Positions 46,921-54,093 of a DNA stretch of 64,000 nt are shown here, in pieces. Source of the DNA: a phage. Position 1 is the stretch's first letter, and each line of letters opens with the position of its first letter. The notes below the pieces were generated by a model. The model was given only the letters and a program-made list of their open reading frames with translations. It searched no databases and had not been told where the DNA came from. Made by a program: the position numbers and the translations under genes. The stretch lies in the sequence record NC_100372.1; one strand, written 5' to 3'.

Positions 46921-47253
46921 TTAAGGTAACCAGTAAACAATTTCGCCTTTCAGTTCCATGTCGTTACCGACATAGATTTTCCAGCCATCCATTTTAGCCA
47001 CTGCAGGAGTGAAGCCCGTAGAACCACTAACCTCTTTCCAAGTCCCGTAGTCAGGTTGCCAGATATAGAATCCACCTCCCTTGTCCCATGCTCCATATAC
47101 CACATCGAGCAGGTTGCCCATTGCAACAATAGTAGGCCGTGGGAATAATACATCTACAGATGCGCCACAATTTCGGGTAGATTTTAAATTACAATCCCAA
47201 AAGATGTCTGCCAGTGTGGCGGCGATAGCTTTACGTCTTTCTAATGTTACCAT
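46921..47253 (-). CDS. Hypothetical protein
   Basis: ORF. Confidence 0.5.
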   Translation of the reverse strand: MVTLERRKAIAATLADIFWDCNLKSTRNCGASVDVLFPRPTIVAMGNLLDVVYGAWDKGGGFYIWQPDYGTWKEVSGSTGFTPAVAKMDGWKIYVGNDMELKGEIVYWLP

Positions 47254-47263
47254 GGCACGATAC

Positions 47264-47455
47264 TCACTTGTTGTTAAGAAGTTCTAAAACTTTCTGTTTT
47301 ACTTTATCAAGGTCTGTTGATTCAAAAATTGTGCGATATCCCCAACTTTGCCCATAGGAATAACTGCAATCCCCGTAACACCATTGCTCAACTTGATAGT
47401 ATTCAAGGAATGGGTGCTGTCTGACTATGATACCGTCTCGATTAAAAATTACCAT
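47264..47455 (-). CDS. Hypothetical protein
   Basis: ORF. Confidence 0.45.
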   Translation of the reverse strand: MVIFNRDGIIVRQHPFLEYYQVEQWCYGDCSYSYGQSWGYRTIFESTDLDKVKQKVLELLNNK

Positions 47456-47518
47456 AATTTATCCCTCTCTGCTAGTCTATGTTTGTATTATATACTGCAG
47501 TTTTCAGATGTCAACCTT

Positions 47519-47713
47519 TTACAGGTTACTCCAGTATAATCGGCATTTACACTTCGGGCAATGAGGTTCTTTTATGTAATAACCATCAGTCTTTGGAACA
47601 CTTTTTGGTGCAGTTTTAAGATTGTACCGAGTAAAGCACCGGAAGCAGGTTACCTCTCCTACCTGTTGATCGTTTATCCACTCACCAGAGTAAAGCTCTT
47701 TCTTGTTTCTCAT
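47519..47713 (-). CDS. Small zinc-ribbon protein
   Basis: CFRCF...CPKCKC; start at MRNKK after GGGGAGAG RBS. Confidence 0.45.
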   Translation of the reverse strand: MRNKKELYSGEWINDQQVGEVTCFRCFTRYNLKTAPKSVPKTDGYYIKEPHCPKCKCRLYWSNL

Positions 47714-47738
47714 AATTCTCTCCCCAATCCTCTGCAAT

Positions 47739-47910
47739 CTTATACCAGAATCTCCAGCCAGAAAGCACACGGGAACACTTTGAGGATTGAATCTTTACTA
47801 GGCTCGGAAGTTCTTTTTCCGTAGGGCAGGTAGAAATACCCTCCTGCAGATTCAAACATGGCTCCTTCTGTTGTATCTATCACAGCTAGAATTAAGATTT
47901 TAGTCTCCAT
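47739..47910 (-). CDS. Small protein (56 aa), below the ORF-track cutoff
   Basis: Hand-translated METKILILAVIDTTEGAMFESAGGYFYLPYGKRTSEPSKDSILKVFPCAFWLEILV with AGGGGAG RBS. Confidence 0.35.
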
Positions 47911-47964
47911 AGTGCTCCCCTGTCTTAATCGTTGTGGTGACTATACCACCTTAAAATATAGCTG

Positions 47965-48423
47965 TCAACACTCTTTGTACTCCACCACGATAATATCTAT
48001 ATCAAAAGTGGCAAGGTTAATAATGTCCTCTACATGTTCCCACTTCAAACCGCCTATGCCGCACCCGATCTTAGGGATGTAGAATGGTAAAATCGACCCC
48101 TCAAATACTTCATTGACTCGCTCAAAGCCTTTCAGTATTGAGAAATATTCAGCATTAGGCCCTGGGTAGAACTGAGTATACAGATTTATTCCGTAGACAA
48201 TACCTCTCGGAGATAAGTGCTCCCAGCGGGAGAACGCGCCCAGTTTACTTAGGCAACCGTGCATAGTCATTTTATCAGCTTCCAATGCTTGAGGGAACTC
48301 ACGGGCAATCTGTTTTGCTACACCCTTACCCATTGTGTGGAAGCAGTTACAACCGTGGATCAGGTGACCATCACCGCTCTTAAAAAGGGAGATTAAATCT
48401 CCCTCTACAGTATCAATAATCAC
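47965..48423 (-). CDS. Macro-domain protein (ADP-ribose binding/hydrolase-like)
   Basis: HGCNCFHTMGKGVAKQI resembles the macro-domain glycine-rich ADP-ribose pocket; C-terminal IPKIGCGIGGL resembles the second conserved loop; start placed at GTG after GAGGAG RBS. Confidence 0.5.
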   Translation of the reverse strand: MIIDTVEGDLISLFKSGDGHLIHGCNCFHTMGKGVAKQIAREFPQALEADKMTMHGCLSKLGAFSRWEHLSPRGIVYGINLYTQFYPGPNAEYFSILKGFERVNEVFEGSILPFYIPKIGCGIGGLKWEHVEDIINLATFDIDIIVVEYKEC

Positions 48424-48838
48424 GATATTCCAGCTCCTCTTCCACAATTTCAAAAAACTCAGTCCAGCACTGTGGCATATTGGAGTTACCGAAGTGGCTT
48501 TCATAGTAAAGGTTTTTACCGCTCGGAAGATAGAAATCTGTTACCTCATAAAATCCACAATCGTCGCACTCTCCCTCTTCAAACTTGGCCTTAACCTTAA
48601 TGCCGAGGAAGGTGAAAAGTTTATGGATATCTTCGGTCTCGAACTCCCAATTAATGTTGTTTTCCGCATCGGTGTAAAACTGGATCAGTAGGCCATCATC
48701 CATTTTTCCAAAATATTCTGTGAAGTAGCTTCCTTCCCAGAAGTCTTTGTGACAAATAATATCCATGCGCTTGCCCATAATAAAGGTGTGGGCGTTTCGT
48801 GCATCGTCACGAATCAGTTTTGGCATTTCATAAATCAT
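48413..48838 (-). CDS. Hypothetical acidic protein
   Basis: ORF. Confidence 0.5.
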   Translation of the reverse strand: MIYEMPKLIRDDARNAHTFIMGKRMDIICHKDFWEGSYFTEYFGKMDDGLLIQFYTDAENNINWEFETEDIHKLFTFLGIKVKAKFEEGECDDCGFYEVTDFYLPSGKNLYYESHFGNSNMPQCWTEFFEIVEEELEYRDY

Positions 48839-48903
48839 CGTAGTTCTCCAGGATCAATAGGTGGTGCTACAGGAAGATCATAAAACATGGCGATCACATT
48901 CTC

Positions 48904-49101
48904 TTACGCAGGAATTGCTTCAAACAGGCCGTTATCGATACCATCCTTCAAGTAAAGATTATACTCTATGTCAGTATCTGTGTAAAGGGCAGCATCTAGC
49001 ATTCTATCTGTGAGTCCATCCATTGGGTGGAGAAACCACCACCCACGCCAGTCAAAGTAACAACCTGGTGCATCTTCTCTCACACGGATTCGATAAATCA
49101 T
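48904..49101 (-). CDS. Hypothetical protein
   Basis: AGGAGG RBS. Confidence 0.45.
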   Translation of the reverse strand: MIYRIRVREDAPGCYFDWRGWWFLHPMDGLTDRMLDAALYTDTDIEYNLYLKDGIDNGLFEAIPA

Positions 49102-49170
49102 GGGCAGTGGCCTCCTGTTAGTTACACATCCCAGTTTTCTTCGTTCATCACATCCTCCAGCTCAACAAGG

Positions 49171-49202
49171 TTATAATTGCACACCTTACAACCCGTGTCA
49201 AC
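49171..49202 (-). promoter_or_regulatory. Sigma70-like promoter on minus strand (TTGACA-17-AATTAT)
   Basis: Perfect -35, 4/6 -10. Confidence 0.35.
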
Positions 49203-49614
49203 AGAAAACTTCAACAAATTCTTCCACAGTTTTAATGTCATGGGAAAAAGGTTTGCGGCTATAACGGGCAATAGCACTGTCAACCACCGCCCGGTACTCC
49301 AAATCTTCAGAATATTTCATGAAGCATTGCAACGTCTCTGGACAGATAGCCAGATAGCTCCACCACCCCTCTTCAGATTGGTAGTCAAATCCCATACTCT
49401 CTAGCCACGAAGCGTATACACCTGCACCTTCCAGCCAGTGAGTATTTTCATCAAGAAACTTGTTCACAGTCATGTGAGCTTCTAAGCATTTATCCAGCTC
49501 TTTTCCGTTAACCAGCCACGCACTGACAGTGGCGCATCCAAGATCCACAGATTGAGCTGATAGATTGTATTGGTCATAGTTCTCAGGTTTAACAATGATA
49601 TCTTCTAATGTCAT
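49198..49614 (-). CDS. Hypothetical protein
   Basis: ORF. Confidence 0.5.
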   Translation of the reverse strand: MTLEDIIVKPENYDQYNLSAQSVDLGCATVSAWLVNGKELDKCLEAHMTVNKFLDENTHWLEGAGVYASWLESMGFDYQSEEGWWSYLAICPETLQCFMKYSEDLEYRAVVDSAIARYSRKPFSHDIKTVEEFVEVFC

Positions 49615-49631
49615 TTTTCAGTCCTCTATAT

Positions 49632-49660
49632 ACAAAAATGCCCCACCCTTTCGGGTAGGG
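49632..49660 (-). terminator. Intrinsic terminator with GAAA tetraloop (GCCCUACCC-GAAA-GGGUGGGGC + U-run)
   Basis: 9-bp stem with one G-U pair, followed on the minus strand by ATTTTT; downstream of the SSB-like gene. Confidence 0.65.
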
Positions 49661-49676
49661 CTATGTTAACTAGATG

Positions 49677-50903
49677 TTAAAAAGGTATGTCATCATCAAA
49701 GGCGTACTGTGCCGGATTCTGATCCATCGGGTCGTCTTCCGCATCATCTACAGGAGGAGCGTCTACAGTGTTTTGCTGTGGGGCGGCTTCCTGTTTGGCA
49801 GCTTGAGGCTCTTGATGGTCAGTGGCTCCAGCACCGTTCTTGATCCAATCATACAACGGTTCAGCAAGATTAGTCAAGACATCTTTTGCCTCTGCAGTAA
49901 TTGCTACTGCAAAATCATCAACTTTCGTTTTCTTGTCAATACGGCGACAAGCGTTCAATACCGCATTACCAACACTGGCACCTACTTCATCTTCAGTTCG
50001 GTTAGTGGCTTGAGCGTACTCTTTCTTAAGCTCGATGGTGACCACGTGCAGTGTTTTAGCCACATCTAAAGGGCTGTCAATCTTAAACCCGCGATCCAGG
50101 ATGATCTGCAATGCATTGATACTGTGCCCTGTCTCTACACCGATGGGGTCGTAAGAGGATTTACGCTTACCACCAGAACCTTGTGTACCGTTCTCTGCTT
50201 TAGGCGGGTAGGCCTTGAAGCCGCTGATAATATTCCCGGTGTCTTTGTCAACAATAGCTGCAACACGACCACCTACCACCAGGTCTTTAAGCTGCTCATC
50301 AGAGACAACCATAGCACCTTCACCAATCTTGTGATCATTGACAGTAACCACGTTGCCAACAATCTGAGTCACATCGCCATAGATGCGTAAAACGTCCTGA
50401 TTGGCATTCTGCTGAGGTTTCTGCTTCTGGCCTTGTGATTGTGCACCTTGTTGCTGTTTTTGCTGCTGAGTCGCTGCTGGAGCCTCTCCTGCACCCAGCT
50501 TGACCATCTTAGCCAGGGAGCCTTTGTAATAGGTCTTACCGTTATGCTCGTTTGCCTTCAAAGGGATATTTACGATCCATCCTGGCGTTACAGTTTCCCA
50601 CTTGTCATCAATTTTAACAGAGACAGAGTCTTGATGACCCGGTTTAAGCAGCTTATCACCCATACTGATCCAAACTTCTTCACCACCTTGAAGCAGGTTA
50701 TCAGAGGAATCCAGTTCAGAAATCAGTAAAGAGATGGTGTGGCTGGATTCAATTTTCTTACCTTGCCACACAGTGGTTTTAATACCTGTTGTAGGATCAG
50801 CACCTTTGATAGGCTTGATGCTGACACGTTTAATCATGCCGTGAGCCAGTAAAACAGTTTCACGCGGATTCATCGGGTTAGCGAATTGTTGAATAACGCT
50901 CAT
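49677..50903 (-). CDS. Single-stranded DNA-binding protein-like (long form)
   Basis: C-terminal acidic tail ending DDDIPF, as in bacterial SSB; Gln/Gly-rich linker. Confidence 0.55.
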   Translation of the reverse strand: MSVIQQFANPMNPRETVLLAHGMIKRVSIKPIKGADPTTGIKTTVWQGKKIESSHTISLLISELDSSDNLLQGGEEVWISMGDKLLKPGHQDSVSVKIDDKWETVTPGWIVNIPLKANEHNGKTYYKGSLAKMVKLGAGEAPAATQQQKQQQGAQSQGQKQKPQQNANQDVLRIYGDVTQIVGNVVTVNDHKIGEGAMVVSDEQLKDLVVGGRVAAIVDKDTGNIISGFKAYPPKAENGTQGSGGKRKSSYDPIGVETGHSINALQIILDRGFKIDSPLDVAKTLHVVTIELKKEYAQATNRTEDEVGASVGNAVLNACRRIDKKTKVDDFAVAITAEAKDVLTNLAEPLYDWIKNGAGATDHQEPQAAKQEAAPQQNTVDAPPVDDAEDDPMDQNPAQYAFDDDIPF

Positions 50904-51379
50904 TATTTATCTCCTTGTTCTTCGTTAGTGTTTGCCGTGTGTGCAAACCCTGCTTGAATTAATTTGTCCTGAACTTGAGCCAACAGGCCCATTGCAAAAC
51001 TTGTGGTCCCAGAGAGGGCCATCAGCATATCTCGTTGTTGAGCTACCCAACCTAAGGCATAGTCCAAACGACGATATTTTTCTTCTTCACGCAGAGCCTG
51101 GAATAATTGTTCAGCCTCTGGCTGTTGTGTAAGCTCCTGAAGTCTTCCCATGAAAGAAGAAAGCACTAGCAGAAGAGACACTTGATCTTTACTTAACCCT
51201 AAGAAAAATTCTTGAGGTTGTTCTTGCTCGTTCATCGCAACCGACGCTTGATCGTTCATTTGTTCCATTATGGAATCTCCGATTTTATTTGAACAACATA
51301 GAAGGAGACACCATTTTAGCATCTCCTTCTGCAAATTACAACAGGTATTTGTTAGCCAATTACTTCGAAAGTACCCCAA
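50903..51379 (-). CDS. Hypothetical protein
   Basis: Coupled ORF. Confidence 0.5.
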   Translation of the reverse strand: MGYFRSNWLTNTCCNLQKEMLKWCLLLCCSNKIGDSIMEQMNDQASVAMNEQEQPQEFFLGLSKDQVSLLLVLSSFMGRLQELTQQPEAEQLFQALREEEKYRRLDYALGWVAQQRDMLMALSGTTSFAMGLLAQVQDKLIQAGFAHTANTNEEQGDK

Positions 51380-51597
51380 CTCCCGTTCAGCAGGCAGGTG
51401 ATCGGATCACCATCATCGTCAATTATTTCAAAGTTTTCAACATCCAGAATATGGTCATCGAACACAATGCTCTTATCGCCACCACCAGAAATAACAGCGT
51501 ATTCCTTACCTTGTGTTAGGTTCTGGCAACCTTTGCCGCCGAAACCAACTTCAACACAACGTACTTTCTGTCCTGCGCGAGCAACTACTCCAGCCAT
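51352..51597 (-). CDS. Hypothetical protein
   Basis: ORF. Confidence 0.45.
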   Translation of the reverse strand: MAGVVARAGQKVRCVEVGFGGKGCQNLTQGKEYAVISGGGDKSIVFDDHILDVENFEIIDDDGDPITCLLNGSWGTFEVIG

Positions 51598-51614
51598 CTT
51601 AAGGTCTCCTGATA

Positions 51615-51935
51615 TTAATCGTCAAGTTCAAAATAGATTTTAACAGCTTCATCAAAGATTGGAATCCCGATGTTGTTGATAAGCTGCCAAACTACCATAT
51701 CTTTTCCTGGATCTGGGAGAATGTCAACCTTTCTCCATGCGCTGTATATCCAGTTCGGACCGCCTTCTGCACTAACTGGTAGATTTTCACCAGCTTCTTG
51801 TAAATACTTATACAGCAAAAGGTATTCTGGGTACTCTAGAACACTGTCCTCTGTAGTATATAGCAGTTCACGGTATACTTTCAAGAATCCTGTTGGGTTG
51901 ATGTTTTCAGTCTTCATTTGCTGCTTCTCCTGCAT
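51615..51935 (-). CDS. Hypothetical protein
   Basis: ORF. Confidence 0.5.
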   Translation of the reverse strand: MQEKQQMKTENINPTGFLKVYRELLYTTEDSVLEYPEYLLLYKYLQEAGENLPVSAEGGPNWIYSAWRKVDILPDPGKDMVVWQLINNIGIPIFDEAVKIYFELDD

Positions 51936-52311
51936 TCATCAGATCTGCCATAGCGTCACCAACGAAGAGGACAACCACGTCGTTGACAGCGTCAGCATCA
52001 TCTTTATTGATGTTGCTGAATTTGGGGCACACTGCAATGACCATATAGACCCCGTTGCCCAACTGAACAGTGCGTGTAGTGCACATTAGTGTGGTGCTTG
52101 TGCCTTCTTTAAAGGCAAATCCTTGCAGACGTTCTTCCAGAGAGTCACCTGTGGATTTCAACAAGGCAAGATCGCCCAATGCGTAGGTAGTGTCCTCATA
52201 GGTCAGTCCAGAGGTCAATGTTGCCTTTCCATCAGAAACTATAATAACCCCATCGGCACCGTCAAGCTCAGAGGCTTCAAAGATATTAATATCCCAAATG
52301 TTTTTCATCAC
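51907..52311 (-). CDS. Hypothetical acidic protein
   Basis: ORF. Confidence 0.5.
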   Translation of the reverse strand: MMKNIWDINIFEASELDGADGVIIVSDGKATLTSGLTYEDTTYALGDLALLKSTGDSLEERLQGFAFKEGTSTTLMCTTRTVQLGNGVYMVIAVCPKFSNINKDDADAVNDVVVLFVGDAMADLMNAGEAANED

Positions 52312-52628
52312 GCTTCCTCGTCATCTAATGAGTTGAAGATTTCACCGAAGTATTCTAAGACTTCCAGCTCACGGGTGGTGCAGAAAACACAGTCCCCGTT
52401 GTCATCTTCGATAACGGCCTCTTTACCAAGAACATCCACTTCAAATTCGTCGTTTAACAGAACGGAACCTGTGTAAACTTTATCTGCCGTGCAGTCCCGA
52501 AAAGCAGAGTCCTTCTCCAAGTAGTCTGGCTTAACCTTGGCTTTAATTCGTTGATATTGTTTGGTCATTGCTGTGGTCCCCTTTCGTTTTGATAGGGCCA
52601 TTATATTAGGCCCTATCGCTATTGTCAA
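52308..52628 (-). CDS. Hypothetical Cys-containing protein (paralog of 52632..52886)
   Basis: Shared AFRDCT/AFKDCT and DDNGDCVFCT/DDEGDSVWCT segments. Confidence 0.5.
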   Translation of the reverse strand: MTIAIGPNIMALSKRKGTTAMTKQYQRIKAKVKPDYLEKDSAFRDCTADKVYTGSVLLNDEFEVDVLGKEAVIEDDNGDCVFCTTRELEVLEYFGEIFNSLDDEEA

Positions 52629-52631
52629 GTA

Positions 52632-52886
52632 TTAATGCTCAGGTTTTACAAAAACTACTTCGTTAACAGTGCACCAGACAGAATCTCCTTCATCATCTTT
52701 AAAGGTAAGACACTGGGCTGAGTTTTCCAACTCATCGAGCTCTTCTTGTGATAAATAGGTCCCTTCTTCCAGAAGAGCTTTTACCAGAGGGTTCTCACAA
52801 AACTCTGCTTCATAAACTGTACCGATTGTGCAATCTTTAAAAGCTCGGTCATTTGCAACGCACTCTGGCTTCAAAGTGATTTTCAT
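52632..52886 (-). CDS. Hypothetical Cys-containing protein (paralog of 52308..52628)
   Basis: See paralog. Confidence 0.5.
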   Translation of the reverse strand: MKITLKPECVANDRAFKDCTIGTVYEAEFCENPLVKALLEEGTYLSQEELDELENSAQCLTFKDDEGDSVWCTVNEVVFVKPEH

Positions 52887-52962
52887 TTTAGCAGTCTCCT
52901 CAATTATTTAAAAATCAACTCTCTGTTTGTGTGGAGCATCTTATATCCAATCTTACTTCTTG

Positions 52963-53334
52963 TCAATGACTATTTTCAATCATCCACACAGGGTCGAGGT
53001 AAATTTGTTGGCGTTTTGCCCAATGACAAACTTCATTGTACATCTGAATCTCTTTGTCTGTCAATTCACGAATAGGCTCATCTATACCCTCATTTTTGTG
53101 GTAATCCCAGTCGGCATCGATTTCCCACAACCATGACTTACGATCTTCACGCTTACGCACACAAAAGTCCCCAGGACGGCCTGCCAGTGCATTTAAGAAC
53201 TCGTTCTCCGCTCGCTCCTGAAGAATACTAAGGAGCAAAACGTTGGAGCATGACCGTAAAATATGCTTCAGCTCACAATCATCAATCTCAACTTCAATAC
53301 GTTGCTTGACTGTGTGGGTACCTTTTACTAACAT
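52963..53334 (-). CDS. Hypothetical protein
   Basis: Start at MLVKGTH after AGAGGAGG RBS. Confidence 0.5.
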   Translation of the reverse strand: MLVKGTHTVKQRIEVEIDDCELKHILRSCSNVLLLSILQERAENEFLNALAGRPGDFCVRKREDRKSWLWEIDADWDYHKNEGIDEPIRELTDKEIQMYNEVCHWAKRQQIYLDPVWMIENSH

Positions 53335-53344
53335 TCTACCTCCT

Positions 53345-53539
53345 CTATACAAACTCTGCAAGGGTTGTGTTGTTCACCGCACCACAGTAGATGGAATATC
53401 CCAACCCATTATGGTGCAGAAACCACGGCACACCTTGGTCATCCTTCACGTATACATCTCCATTTTCCGTGAAGGGCCAATACTCTTCCCCAAGGGTAAA
53501 ATACCTACTCATACCTTCAGCCAGATACTTTACTTTCAT
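53345..53539 (-). CDS. Small paralog-family protein (WF/WY motif)
   Basis: DDQGVPWFLHHNGLGYSIY resembles the next two genes. Confidence 0.45.
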   Translation of the reverse strand: MKVKYLAEGMSRYFTLGEEYWPFTENGDVYVKDDQGVPWFLHHNGLGYSIYCGAVNNTTLAEFV

Positions 53540-53763
53540 AGATCCTCTTCAACAACTACAAACTTGGCAAGTAGGGTGGTCCCATAGATATGATACTCAC
53601 CATTTGCCAGATGGGAGATATACCAGGAGATACCGTCCTCGTCTTCGATCATATTGTTCCTGCGATCCTTATCGTAATAAACCTTGTAGACCTTACCTTC
53701 TTCAAAGAATGACAGGTCTGTCATCTTTTCTTCTACAAATGTAGCTTTAACCAAAGTTGTCAT
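53536..53763 (-). CDS. Small paralog-family protein
   Basis: DEDGISWYISHLANGEYHIY. Confidence 0.45.
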   Translation of the reverse strand: MTTLVKATFVEEKMTDLSFFEEGKVYKVYYDKDRRNNMIEDEDGISWYISHLANGEYHIYGTTLLAKFVVVEEDL

Positions 53764-54044
53764 TGATCTGTCTCCTTCTTGTTGAGCCGGAACACTGCAA
53801 TAATAGCATTTCCAAGATGCAGTGTCAAATCATTCCCCAGATACCATAACATTCCACGGTCATCTTTGATGAAAGGATAACAATCCGGTGCTTTCCAGAC
53901 ATTATACACTTTGCCGACCTGAAAGAAATCAGGCCCTGTTGGAATTTTAGTACCGGGCCACACTTGAGACACCTGAACGCACTCTACCTGCATAATGACA
54001 GGGATAGTCATAGAAGTAAATGTTTTTGTTGGTTCTACTACCAT
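53760..54044 (-). CDS. Small paralog-family protein
   Basis: DDRGMLWYLGNDLTLHLG; start at MVVEPT after AGAGGAGAC RBS. Confidence 0.45.
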   Translation of the reverse strand: MVVEPTKTFTSMTIPVIMQVECVQVSQVWPGTKIPTGPDFFQVGKVYNVWKAPDCYPFIKDDRGMLWYLGNDLTLHLGNAIIAVFRLNKKETDQ

Positions 54045-54093
54045 AAAAGTCTCCTCTCTGTCTAACAACACTTCCGTGTGTTGATAGTTTACA

